In this document: one piece after another, positions 9,885-19,149 of the stretch
How positions within the stretch are numbered: the stretch's first letter is position 1
Layout: every line of letters starts with the position of its first letter
Assembly: GCA_002687795.1 (NCBI GenBank)
Contig: NZBG01000004.1
Coordinates: 1-54,734, forward strand
Direction: 5' to 3'
DNA from: Candidatus Woesearchaeota archaeon
Lineage (GTDB): Archaea > Nanobdellota > Nanobdellia > Woesearchaeales > GCA-2687795
Length of the DNA: 54,734 nt
Program-made: the position numbers and the translations under genes
The notes under the pieces: model-generated
Told to the model about the DNA's origin: nothing
Seen by the model: only the letters and a program-made list of their open reading frames with translations
The model's database searches: none

Positions 9885-9907
9885 CAATTCTCGCCTACCG
9901 CCCTTTT
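9885..9907 (+). repeat. Direct repeat copy 3 (23-nt copy of the tRNA-His 3' end)
   Basis: caattctcgcctaccgccctttt is an exact match to 8748..8770. A degenerate extra copy, gctcaattcaccc, precedes it. Confidence 0.8.
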
Positions 9908-9910
9908 TCC

Positions 9911-10495
9911 CTAAACAATATTACGTTTCTCAGCGAAGATTGCTGAGATTGGCTTGAAGCTAACTAAATCTTTTGGAATCTTCAGAGCATTTAAGGCCTT
10001 TTCAATCTCTTCCTTTGCTTTCTTTGGGTCTTCCCCTTCGAATTCAAGTTCTCCGCTCCAGCCCAGACCTTCTATATGTTCAGCTACTGTCTTAAATCCA
10101 TATTTTGGTATATCCCACATGCTTGCATTCTCTTTTCTGACAGAAAACCAGGGTTCAAACCCCAAATCCCTGAGCAATGATCTGCAGATGTTCAGCTCTC
10201 CGCTGAATAATGCTACCTTTCCATCCGGATAGAGAGCTCTTTTAAATTTTATATCCCCAAGTGAAATAACTTCGTTCTTGACAAAGAAGATTGTAGTAGG
10301 CTTCTGTGGGCTTTTCCATTCCCTTATTCTTAGATTCTTTTCAACAAGGTTCCATTTTTCCTTAACCGGCCTGAAATAATAATCAGTGAATTCATAAGGA
10401 TAAACCAGTTTAGCTTCCAGTTCTTTTAACCTATCCTCAAAGCTTTTTATATCTTCAATAGTAAACCTTACTTCACATTCAAATAAAGACGCCAT
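9911..10495 (-). CDS. CYTH-domain protein (CyaB-like class IV adenylyl cyclase / triphosphatase family)
   Basis: 194 aa. N-terminal ECEVRF (ExExK-like) and C-terminal LGWSGELEFEG motifs are typical of the CYTH fold. Confidence 0.6.
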   Translation of the reverse strand: MASLFECEVRFTIEDIKSFEDRLKELEAKLVYPYEFTDYYFRPVKEKWNLVEKNLRIREWKSPQKPTTIFFVKNEVISLGDIKFKRALYPDGKVALFSGELNICRSLLRDLGFEPWFSVRKENASMWDIPKYGFKTVAEHIEGLGWSGELEFEGEDPKKAKEEIEKALNALKIPKDLVSFKPISAIFAEKRNIV

Positions 10496-10540
10496 AATTT
10501 AATATAAAATAAGTTAATCTTATAAGTGTCTTACTATTTT

Positions 10541-11533
10541 ATGAAGAACAAAATGATCTGCCTGGGAATAGAATCAACAGCTCACACCTTTGGAGCAGGA
10601 ATAATTAATAGCAAAGGAAAACCTTTAGCCAATGTTAAAGACAGTTACACATCTGAAAAGGAAGGCATTCATCCTTCTAAAGCTAAAGAGCATCATATCA
10701 AAGTAGCAGACAAAGTAATAAAAGATGCTCTAAAACAGGCAAATCTAACTCTAAAAGATGTTGACATAATCTCATTCAGCCAAGGTCCTGGACTGCCGCC
10801 CTGTCTTGTAGTAGGCATGGAAAAAGCCAAAGAGCTAAGCAAAAAGCTAAACATCCCTTTAGTAGGCGTCAACCACTGCATTGCTCATCTAAGCATCGGA
10901 GAGTTAACAACAGGTTGTAAAAATTCTGTTCTGTTGTATGTAAGCGGCGCCAACACACAAATCATTGCTTATGAAGGCGGGAAGTACAGAATATTTGGAG
11001 AAACCTTAGACATGGGAATAGGCAACTTCATTGACTCATTTGCAAGATACATAGGAATAGGCTTTCCTGGCGGCCCAAAGATTCAAAAGTTAGCTGAAGA
11101 AACTAATAATTATATAGAACTACCTTACTCTGTAAAAGGCATGGATGTTTCTGTTACCGGTATATTAACCAACCTCAAAAATAAGATGGACAGCAACAAT
11201 TATTCAAAAGCTGAGCTTGCTTATTCCTTGCAGGAAACAGTATTTGCAATGTTAACAGAAGTAGCAGAAAGGGCAATGGCGCACTGCCAGAAAAAAGAGC
11301 TTTTATTAGGCGGCGGAGTTGCCTGCAATACAAGGCTGCAGGAGATGTCAAACATTATGTGCAGGGAAAGAAACGCAAAATGCTTTGTCCCGCCCAGAGA
11401 TGTTCTTGTTGATAATGCTCTCATGATAGCATGGCAGGGCATATTAGAAAAAAAGAAGGCATCTAAGGCTTTAAGTAATGTTGACATCAAACCTCACTGG
11501 AGGACTGACCATGTAGATGTAGACTGGAGATAA
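10541..11533 (+). CDS. kae1: Kae1, tRNA N6-adenosine threonylcarbamoyltransferase (KEOPS catalytic subunit)
   Basis: ICLGIESTAHTFGAGI, VNHCIAHL and GGGVACN motifs. Start placed at ATG 10541 rather than the GTG at 10526 in the track. Confidence 0.9.
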   Translation: MKNKMICLGIESTAHTFGAGIINSKGKPLANVKDSYTSEKEGIHPSKAKEHHIKVADKVIKDALKQANLTLKDVDIISFSQGPGLPPCLVVGMEKAKELSKKLNIPLVGVNHCIAHLSIGELTTGCKNSVLLYVSGANTQIIAYEGGKYRIFGETLDMGIGNFIDSFARYIGIGFPGGPKIQKLAEETNNYIELPYSVKGMDVSVTGILTNLKNKMDSNNYSKAELAYSLQETVFAMLTEVAERAMAHCQKKELLLGGGVACNTRLQEMSNIMCRERNAKCFVPPRDVLVDNALMIAWQGILEKKKASKALSNVDIKPHWRTDHVDVDWR

Positions 11534-11534
11534 A

Positions 11535-11702
11535 TCACTTCATCCCATGCGCCTTCTCAAACTTCTTCTCTTCTTTTGGTGCTAAAGGCTCAAAAATAAG
11601 GCCGCAGTCTTTGCATATAACCTGTTGCTTTCTATCGTTATATATTATATTTGAGCTGCCACAATCAGGGCAGTCTTTTATTTCATGTATGTCTTTTACC
11701 AT
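11535..11702 (-). CDS. 55-aa TFIIB-type zinc-ribbon micro-protein (absent from the ORF track)
   Basis: Hand translation gives MVKDIHEIKDCPDCGSSNIIYNDRKQQVICKDCGLIFEPLAPKEEKKFEKAHGMK. CPxCG...CxxCG spacing matches the TFIIB N-terminal ribbon. Confidence 0.6.
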   Translation of the reverse strand: MVKDIHEIKDCPDCGSSNIIYNDRKQQVICKDCGLIFEPLAPKEEKKFEKAHGMK

Positions 11703-11852
11703 ACTGTAGGGTTCTTCTTCCTTACTTTATAAAATTTGTATACACTAACCTGTATATTTCCTGATGAAAAACTCTAAAATTCTAAAAATAATATACATAT
11801 TGCTGAATTAAAAGAAAAAGTTTTTATATCTTAAACGCCTTGCAGGTATAAA

Positions 11853-12560
11853 ATGCACTATCTGAATAGTGTAAAAGAGAAAATCTTTGCTGTTGATTGT
11901 TTGAGGTTCTTAAAAGAAAGCAAAACATTCAGGGAGCTATCCAAGGAACTAAATCTGCCTATTGGCGTTTTAAACAGATACATAAATGGTTATGTTCTCC
12001 CAAAAAGCCAAAGGGCTTCTGAAATAATAGACTTGTTTTACAAGAGCTACTATAAAGGTTTTATCCAGGATTTATCTAAGAATGGCTCTAACAAGCTTTT
12101 CATCACTTATACTATTCTTTCAAGGCCAAAACTTCTTAACTTCATAGCAGGAGATGCAGCAGGGAAATTTAACACAAAAATAGACAAGGTAATAACTTCT
12201 GCAGTTAACGGCATTCCTTTGGCTGTTAAAATAGCTGATTACTTGGATTGTGACTCTGTATATGTTAAAAAGAAAAAGGAAATAGCGTTATCTGACTATT
12301 ATGTTTCAAATAATGTACTGGAAGATAAGCCAACCACAACACCGTTTTACCTTCCAAAGCATCTCCTTAAAAAGAAAGATGGTGTATTAATAATAGATGA
12401 TGTTATAAGGAGTGGCTCTACCGTATTATCATTGATAAATATCTGCGAACAGGCGAATGTAAATATTGTAGGGATTTTTGCTGTTTTTATAACTAAAAGC
12501 GCCTACCAACGATTTAAGAAAGACTACAAGACAGAATATGTTATAATAGGAGAAGATTGA
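11853..12560 (+). CDS. HTH plus phosphoribosyltransferase-domain protein (PurR/GfcR-like regulator)
   Basis: 235 aa. N-terminal HTH-like segment (FRELSKELNLPIGVLNRYINGY) and PRPP-binding loop VLIIDDVIRSGST. Confidence 0.55.
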   Translation: MHYLNSVKEKIFAVDCLRFLKESKTFRELSKELNLPIGVLNRYINGYVLPKSQRASEIIDLFYKSYYKGFIQDLSKNGSNKLFITYTILSRPKLLNFIAGDAAGKFNTKIDKVITSAVNGIPLAVKIADYLDCDSVYVKKKKEIALSDYYVSNNVLEDKPTTTPFYLPKHLLKKKDGVLIIDDVIRSGSTVLSLINICEQANVNIVGIFAVFITKSAYQRFKKDYKTEYVIIGED

Positions 12561-12596
12561 GAAAGATTTTTATACTGATAATAAATACTTCTCTGT

Positions 12597-12854
12597 ATGC
12601 AAGCTGTTATCGTAAATTTCAGGAGAGGAAGGCATACTCAGACATGCAACCAGATGGTTATAAAACCAGCTGAGGTTAACGATAAAGATAAGGCTAAAGA
12701 GCTGATAGGCAAGACTGTTACATGGAAAAGCCCTGCAGGAAAGCAGATAAAAGGCAAGATAACAAAAGAGCATGGAAATTCTGGAGCAGTAAGGGCTTTG
12801 TTTGAAAGGGGCATGCCAGGGCAAAGTATTGGGAATTCTGTTAAGATAGAATAA
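12597..12854 (+). CDS. rpl35ae: Ribosomal protein L35Ae (eL33)
   Basis: 85 aa. The RRGRHTQ..NQ...K and G..V.W..P.G pattern with HG.SG.VRA.F is characteristic of eL33. Confidence 0.85.
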   Translation: MQAVIVNFRRGRHTQTCNQMVIKPAEVNDKDKAKELIGKTVTWKSPAGKQIKGKITKEHGNSGAVRALFERGMPGQSIGNSVKIE

Positions 12855-13157
12855 TAATACTTACATTCTAACTCGGAAGGTAATAAGCAACATTACTTAC
12901 AAAATATAGAAAGCAAACAAATCCAATCAAATGCGCAAAAAGGTTAACCTTCCCAGTAAAAAGAAACCATAAATAAATTACCCAGTAAAAGTTCATTGCA
13001 AATCTATTAGCTTCATAAAATAGGATTAATAATCCCCTTATAGCGCTCATTAATCAGCCTCCTTGGCTATATTAACCAAAGGATTCTAATTAGATTTATA
13101 TAGTTTGCTTTTAAATCCAAAACCTTAAAATAATAAAGCCTAATACTTAGTCTTAAA

Positions 13158-13874
13158 ATGAAAACCTTCATCATGATCCCAACCTATAACGAGAAAGAGA
13201 ACATAGCCAGTCTTATAAAAGAGATTCTCAGCCTGAACATAAAAGATATAGAAATTGTGGTGGTTGATGATAACAGCCCTGATGAAACATGGAAGATTGT
13301 AGAAGATATCTCTAAGAAAGATAAAAGGGTTCACCTTCTGCTAAGGAAAGAAAACAGGGGGAGAGGCTATGCAGGCCGTGCTGGCTATAAATACAGCCTT
13401 GAGCATGCAGCAGATTATATCATAGAGATGGATGCTGATCTTAGCCATAACCCTTGTTATATACCAAGGCTCTTAGAAAAGGTAAAAGAAGCTGATTTAG
13501 CGATTGGCTCCAGGAGGATAAAAGGCGGCAAAGAGGAAGGAAGAGGTTTAGTAAGAAAAATAATAACAATCTTTGCAAACCTCTACATAAGAATAATGCT
13601 TGGTTTAAAGGTAAAAGACTGTAATTCAGGGTTTAGATGCTTCAGAAGGAAAGTTCTGGAAACAATCAATGTTGATAAATTGACTTCTAAAGGGCCTTCT
13701 ATTGTTCAGGAGGTTTTATTCAAGGCGAAACTGAAAGGCTTTAGAATAGAAGAGGTTCCCATTGTGTTCAAAGACAGGGAGCTTGGAAAGAGCAAGCTCG
13801 GCTTAAAACAGCTTGCTGCAGGCTATTGGATGGTTTTAAAGCTTAAGGTAATGCATTTATTTGGGGCTATTTAA
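13158..13874 (+). CDS. GT2 glycosyltransferase, dolichyl/polyprenyl-phosphate mannose synthase-like
   Basis: IMIPTYNEKENI, VVDDNSPD and EMDADLSH motifs. Confidence 0.85.
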   Translation: MKTFIMIPTYNEKENIASLIKEILSLNIKDIEIVVVDDNSPDETWKIVEDISKKDKRVHLLLRKENRGRGYAGRAGYKYSLEHAADYIIEMDADLSHNPCYIPRLLEKVKEADLAIGSRRIKGGKEEGRGLVRKIITIFANLYIRIMLGLKVKDCNSGFRCFRRKVLETINVDKLTSKGPSIVQEVLFKAKLKGFRIEEVPIVFKDRELGKSKLGLKQLAAGYWMVLKLKVMHLFGAI

Positions 13875-13925
13875 ACAATATTAAAACAAAAAACTTATAA
13901 GTAATAGTTACTCTCTAATAATAAA

Positions 13926-14456
13926 ATGATGCCCTTTAAACCGGTGAATTTAGAGGATCTTGTAGCCCATGAAACATTATATGTAGTTCCTAAACAAAAA
14001 ACTTGGTGGGAGTATACTGGGTCTAAGCTTGATAAAGTAGCATACCATGCTGCTAAAACTAAAGAACAAATACAGAGGGCAAGGGAACCACAATATGAAA
14101 GACATTCTGGACCAGGTGCTGTGTTCAAGAGATTTGATCCTCCAGAAGACTTCTCTGAAGGCTCGATTGAGAGGGTGGACGATAATACCTATAAAATAAC
14201 CTATGGTGAGGAAACAATCTACAGGGCTATGAGCAAGAATGGCAAATGGACATTTGTGTATGCTAAACACCAGGATGATAAAGGCAATGAGATAATGAGG
14301 TCTACTTGTAAAGAGCTAAATGAAGAATACAGAAATAATGAAGAGCATCTGGAGAGATTAGCGTTTGATGATTACTGTAAACTTAAAACACATGTGTTGA
14401 AGGAATATAATCTTATATCAGATGCTGTTCCTTGTTTGGTTAAAAGGGCTGCATAG
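13926..14456 (+). CDS. Hypothetical protein
   Basis: 176-aa ORF with an AT-rich promoter-like upstream region. No motif recognised. Confidence 0.45.
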   Translation: MMPFKPVNLEDLVAHETLYVVPKQKTWWEYTGSKLDKVAYHAAKTKEQIQRAREPQYERHSGPGAVFKRFDPPEDFSEGSIERVDDNTYKITYGEETIYRAMSKNGKWTFVYAKHQDDKGNEIMRSTCKELNEEYRNNEEHLERLAFDDYCKLKTHVLKEYNLISDAVPCLVKRAA

Positions 14457-14544
14457 GTAGCTTAAAAACCTTTTTTAAAGTATCTTCTAGTAAAAATAGA
14501 AAGGTTTATATATAATGAATTAATACTTACTAATAAGTGATAAA

Positions 14545-16392
14545 ATGGCAAAAAATTCACTAAATGGAACAAATGCTCAAAGGACAGTATGGCCTTATAT
14601 AGGACAATTTGATACTTTTGGTCAGATTGATGAGTCCTTAAGATATGTAAATGGTATAAGGTTGTTGTCTACTAAAACCGAAGACATGGAAGATTTATGT
14701 GAACTTGGCAGGCATCTTCTGGTTTTGGCATATAAAAATGCAAGATATAAGCAAGTAGGGGGAAAAAGAATTCTCAGAAAAAAAGAAGATATAGATGATA
14801 TTCTTAATGAAAGGGTGTCTGATCTTAATCTTATTTTATACGATGAAAAAACTAAGAAATCAAATACTCGTAAGGTCAGAATTGGAAATTTAATTATTCA
14901 GGAATATCTGAATAATGCCTCTGAAGAAGAGAAAGAAGATATGGGATTAAGAGAAAGAGGTGGTTTGATAAGAATGATTAGAGGTCTTGAAAGAAAGTTT
15001 CATATGACTTACTTAACAACTTATGATAGCTCTAAAATTACTCGTTTGAAAGATATCAAAGAAGGCATTGATGATGAAAGTATCCAGGGAACATTAGATG
15101 ACATAATCGCAGAAAACAAAAGAGAGCTGGAAGAGCAGAAAGAAGAAGATAAAATTGACCAAAAGCTTTCTGTTGGCCAGTTGATGAATACTTATTTTAA
15201 TACTATAAAGGGAAAAATTGATGGTATCTTATTAAGTACTGAATTATATGGCGAATCAGAACATGGAAAAGAAGGTGAAAACAAAAAACCAGAAGATAAA
15301 AACAAATATAACTTTCTTAAAGGATTAGGAAATGACTTGGTTAAAGTATTAGCAGAAACTTTGCCAGAGATTGCAACCCAGGCTTATAGAGGGTCTGGAG
15401 AACCAAGCAAGAAACTGCATGAAATGTTATATGGTTTTGGTGCTGCATTCGAGCAGATCCCCAGTTATTTGGAGGTAGCTAAATATGAAGTTGCTATGAA
15501 CGACCTAAATAAGGGAATAACAAATATATTAACAGCGCTTAAAGGAATGGATGTTGACAAAGCAATAGACACCTTAGCAAGGTTAAATACAACTGTGCAG
15601 GAAGACCCTGGGAAACTGAATGGCCGTCCCTTACTTAGATTTTTCCTTAAGTTTTTCTTATCAAAAACAAAATATAGCAGAGGATATCATAAGTATGATG
15701 AAGATACGCCAAGATACAGGGAACTTGCAGTAGAAAAGAAAGAAGAATATAGAAAAGAAGCAACAACTGATAGTTTTAGAAACAACTATAGGAAATTTAT
15801 AAACCATGAACAGCTTATGTTAAAACATAAATCTCTCAGAAACAAGTTAGAGCTCTTAAGCAAGGAAACCATAACAGAAAATAAAGAGAACGGCGGTGAT
15901 GACCTTGAAGGATGGGTAAACATTGCAGAAGGCGAATTCGCAGATATATTCCATAAAAACCATTATGTTATGGAAAGAGTTAGAGGAGATGCTCAGTTTA
16001 GAAAAGAAATAACACATTATGCAGGAAAGATCTATAACTCAATATGTGGAAATATCAATGGAATAGCCGATGAAAGAGAATTAAGACATTCCTTAAGAGA
16101 AATCAGGTATCAGCTTGAACTCAGGAAAACAGGAGTTCATAGAGAAGATACAGAAGATTTCAAAAATATCTTAGCTGGGATTGCTTATTATTCTACTAAA
16201 CACAATGTTCTAGAAATGACCAGCCAGTCATTGTTCGATTTCTTATTGGAAAAGACAGATAAGCATAATGCCTTAAGTGTTGAAGAGCGAGACCAGGCAG
16301 AGAAGTATAGAGAGAGATTAAGGATATATGAGGAAGGTCCTACTAAACCTGAAGTAACCAATGTAACAGAAGGGTTAGCAAATACAGGTTAA
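14545..16392 (+). CDS. Hypothetical K/E-rich protein
   Basis: 615-aa uninterrupted ORF, predicted mostly helical. No motif recognised. Confidence 0.5.
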   Translation: MAKNSLNGTNAQRTVWPYIGQFDTFGQIDESLRYVNGIRLLSTKTEDMEDLCELGRHLLVLAYKNARYKQVGGKRILRKKEDIDDILNERVSDLNLILYDEKTKKSNTRKVRIGNLIIQEYLNNASEEEKEDMGLRERGGLIRMIRGLERKFHMTYLTTYDSSKITRLKDIKEGIDDESIQGTLDDIIAENKRELEEQKEEDKIDQKLSVGQLMNTYFNTIKGKIDGILLSTELYGESEHGKEGENKKPEDKNKYNFLKGLGNDLVKVLAETLPEIATQAYRGSGEPSKKLHEMLYGFGAAFEQIPSYLEVAKYEVAMNDLNKGITNILTALKGMDVDKAIDTLARLNTTVQEDPGKLNGRPLLRFFLKFFLSKTKYSRGYHKYDEDTPRYRELAVEKKEEYRKEATTDSFRNNYRKFINHEQLMLKHKSLRNKLELLSKETITENKENGGDDLEGWVNIAEGEFADIFHKNHYVMERVRGDAQFRKEITHYAGKIYNSICGNINGIADERELRHSLREIRYQLELRKTGVHREDTEDFKNILAGIAYYSTKHNVLEMTSQSLFDFLLEKTDKHNALSVEERDQAEKYRERLRIYEEGPTKPEVTNVTEGLANTG

Positions 16393-16399
16393 TGTTTTC

Positions 16400-16981
16400 T
16401 TAGACCTTTACAACATACTCAAAATAATCGTCCCAGGGATTCTCAAGTTTCATCATCTGCTTTATAGAAAGCTTCTCAAAATGCTTTCTGAAAGGTCTCA
16501 TAGAATTCCCATGCGCAGAAATAGCAACATTAACCTTTTCCTTTTTCATCTTTTTCAATAAATCTTTGATAAAAGAATTAACCCTTTTCTCTACCATCTT
16601 CACGCTTTCCCCCTTAGGCGGGGGGACATCATAACTCCTATGCCATATATCAAACTGCTTTTTACCATGCTTCTCGATTATTGTTTTATGGTAATGTCCT
16701 TGCAGTCTTCCATAACATCTCTCAATCATCCTGTTATCTGTGATCACTTTCTTGCATTCAGGATGATATTCTAGAACAGGCTTTAATGTATCCTTTGATC
16801 TAGAAAGTCTTGTCTTATAAGCAACCTGAAATCTTTTATTCTTCAGTTTCTTAGCAACCTTCTTAGCGTCTTTTATACCTTTAGGAGTTAGCTTAGAATC
16901 CTTCCATCCGGTAAACCTTTTATCCCTGTTAAAATATGTCTGGCCATGCCTGAATAAATAAATATGAAGTTTCATACACAC
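16400..16981 (-). CDS. Histidine phosphatase (phosphoglycerate mutase family)
   Basis: LFRHGQT..N...R.TGW.D..LT..G catalytic RHG motif plus a distal H in SAHGNS. The true start is probably the Met at 16975. Confidence 0.8.
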   Translation of the reverse strand: MCMKLHIYLFRHGQTYFNRDKRFTGWKDSKLTPKGIKDAKKVAKKLKNKRFQVAYKTRLSRSKDTLKPVLEYHPECKKVITDNRMIERCYGRLQGHYHKTIIEKHGKKQFDIWHRSYDVPPPKGESVKMVEKRVNSFIKDLLKKMKKEKVNVAISAHGNSMRPFRKHFEKLSIKQMMKLENPWDDYFEYVVKV

Positions 16982-17140
16982 AAAACTCCTTTTCCATTAA
17001 TATAAATCTTTCTTTTATATGTTAGTCTTTTAATGTAGTATCAAAAAATATATATAGGAGTATATACAAAAATAAGCTTAATATTTGATAGATCAGGAAA
17101 TATAATAAAAAAAGGAAAGAAAAAAGGAGGTGTTTAAAGA

Positions 17141-17503
17141 ATGCAGAAAAAAATAGGACATTATTCTTTTGTTGTGGGTGTTGTATTAGCCCTGTTATTA
17201 GGTTTAGCTTCTCAGCCACTATTAGGAACTGGCTTGATTCCATGGCTAGCCTCGTTATTGGTTGTATGCGGGCTGATAGTAGGGTTCTTAAATGTTACCG
17301 GAAAGGAAACAAAAGAATTTTTGGTTGTTGCAACAGTACTGATAATTGTAGCTGGCTTAGGCGGAGCTTCTAGCTCAATAGCAAGCGTTGCTATTATTGG
17401 GCCTTATATGAATGCAGTATTTATCCAATTACTGGCATTCCTTGTACCAGCCACTGTTGTTGTTGCATTAAAGGATATCTGGTATCTTGCCCAGAGTAGC
17501 TAA
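17141..17503 (+). CDS. Small multi-pass membrane protein
   Basis: 120 aa with four hydrophobic helices. aaggagg lies upstream of the ATG. Confidence 0.5.
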   Translation: MQKKIGHYSFVVGVVLALLLGLASQPLLGTGLIPWLASLLVVCGLIVGFLNVTGKETKEFLVVATVLIIVAGLGGASSSIASVAIIGPYMNAVFIQLLAFLVPATVVVALKDIWYLAQSS

Positions 17504-17624
17504 ATTCTTTTTCTTTTATTTTTCTTTTTTAACAAGAAAATTAAGAATTTTCTTTAGTTGAGTAAAGTTATAGACTTTATCAACAATCCAAAATTATATA
17601 TATACCCTAAATAATTAAATTTCT

Positions 17625-18476
17625 ATGGTTCTGGAATCAATACTCAATCCTTTAAAAGCTGAAAGAAAGCCGGGAGAGGTTTTCTTTTTAGGATTCTTAT
17701 ATTCTTCAATCGCTGTACTTCTATCCCTTTGGATATTTGAAAGGTATGCAAGCCTGGTATTGGTGTTCTTGACAGTAATATCTACTATTCCCCTTATTTA
17801 TGGAGTAATAAGGATGGAGGAAAAGAAGGATATAAAGATTGAGAAAGAATCTTTGTTATTAAAAGAGCATGGGAAGGCATTGCTGTTTTTCATTCTTTTA
17901 TTTCTTGGCATAACACTCTCCCTTACGTTATGGTATGTTCTTCTGCCCACAGATGTTTCTACCAGGCTCTTTAATATCCAGCAGCAAACTATACTTGATA
18001 TAAACAACCAGATAACAGCTAACATGACGTTCCAAGCCAGCCTGCTCCTTAAGATACTCTTTAACAACCTGAAAGTTTTAACCTTTGCAGTATTGTTTGC
18101 CTTTATCTATGGCTTTGGGGCAATCTTTATATTAACATGGAATGCCTCAGTTATCAGTGTTGCCATTGGCAACTTTATAAGATCAAATTTAAGCAATCTG
18201 GCAAACAGCGCAGGATTTATTGGAATCGGCTCTTATCTTAGCATATTCTCATTAGGGGTTCTAAGGTATATGACTCATGGCATATTTGAGATACTGGCAT
18301 ATTTCACTGCAGGTCTTGCTGGGGGGATTATCTCTGTGGCTGTGATACGGCATGACTTCAGAACAAAGAAGTTTGAGCATATTGTCTTGGACTCTGCTGA
18401 CATGTTGATACTGTCAGTGGTTATACTGGTAGTAGCAGCCTTTATAGAAGTGTTTGTTACACCAGCCTTGTTCTAA
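17625..18476 (+). CDS. SpoIIM-like (DUF95) membrane protein
   Basis: 283 aa, multi-TM. The THGIFEILAYF motif matches the HGxxExxA signature of the SpoIIM family. Confidence 0.6.
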   Translation: MVLESILNPLKAERKPGEVFFLGFLYSSIAVLLSLWIFERYASLVLVFLTVISTIPLIYGVIRMEEKKDIKIEKESLLLKEHGKALLFFILLFLGITLSLTLWYVLLPTDVSTRLFNIQQQTILDINNQITANMTFQASLLLKILFNNLKVLTFAVLFAFIYGFGAIFILTWNASVISVAIGNFIRSNLSNLANSAGFIGIGSYLSIFSLGVLRYMTHGIFEILAYFTAGLAGGIISVAVIRHDFRTKKFEHIVLDSADMLILSVVILVVAAFIEVFVTPALF

Positions 18477-18477
18477 A

Positions 18478-19128
18478 CTAAGCATTCATTATTATGAGCT
18501 TCCCTGCTCTGGGCTCAAATATCTCCCCTTGCTTGATTAAGCTGTCAATAATCTTATCTGTTTCCTTGCTATCCACGAGCCCCAGAACATCATCAAAATT
18601 AGCGCCTTCTCCCTTATCAAGCAGCCTAATAGCATCAAGCACTTTTTGCGCAACATCCCTTGAATTATTTTCCACTTTTTCCTGAGAACCTTCTTCCTTA
18701 GTGCTTTCTTTATTAATATCTTCTTTTACCTGGTCTTTTAACTCAAGCTTCCTTACCATAAGCCACTTTGAATCCTCCAGTCTTTTAACTATCTCAGGTA
18801 TTATATAAACATCAGAGCCATACAGCCTTGGCCTGCCTATTAATAAGATAACATTGCCCACCCCTATATTGCTTATATATGAAGTTTCCTCAAAAACTCT
18901 CACAGAGACTCTTTCTGTGCTGTCATCTATTGTAAATCCTTTATAATTTGGATTATCATCAACAGAAATAACAACCCCTATCAGGTTTATTCTGGACACC
19001 TTAAGGTTATTTGGAGTGATAATATAATTCGGCTGCCAGCCTTCATTCTTGATATAGTTTCCCATAACCAAGTCTTTTATCCTTACTTTGTAAGCTATCT
19101 GCCTTTTTTGTATAGTTTTATCTTCCAT
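18478..19128 (-). CDS. OB-fold plus C-terminal winged-helix protein (RPA2/Stn1-like), co-oriented downstream of mcm
   Basis: 216 aa. An RPA32-like OB segment (VSRINLIGVVISVDD..GFTIDDSTERV.VRVF), an acidic linker, and a wH tail (QGEIFEPRAGKL) resembling the MCM C-terminal GDVFEPRRGF. Confidence 0.55.
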   Translation of the reverse strand: MEDKTIQKRQIAYKVRIKDLVMGNYIKNEGWQPNYIITPNNLKVSRINLIGVVISVDDNPNYKGFTIDDSTERVSVRVFEETSYISNIGVGNVILLIGRPRLYGSDVYIIPEIVKRLEDSKWLMVRKLELKDQVKEDINKESTKEEGSQEKVENNSRDVAQKVLDAIRLLDKGEGANFDDVLGLVDSKETDKIIDSLIKQGEIFEPRAGKLIIMNA

Positions 19129-19149
19129 CTTTTATAGTGAGAAAAAATA

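Noticed and set aside
10526-10540. The GTG start for kae1 (and GTG 38013 for groEL, TTG 32963 for the PLP-like ORF) given in the track.
   Set aside because: Downstream ATGs (10541, 38022, 32969) give N-termini that match family consensus or have better purine-rich upstream context.
12868-13050. A 60-aa hydrophobic minus-strand ORF between rpl35ae and the GT2 gene.
   Set aside because: It has no start context or conservation signal and lies in an AT-rich spacer. It cannot be supported as a gene from sequence alone.
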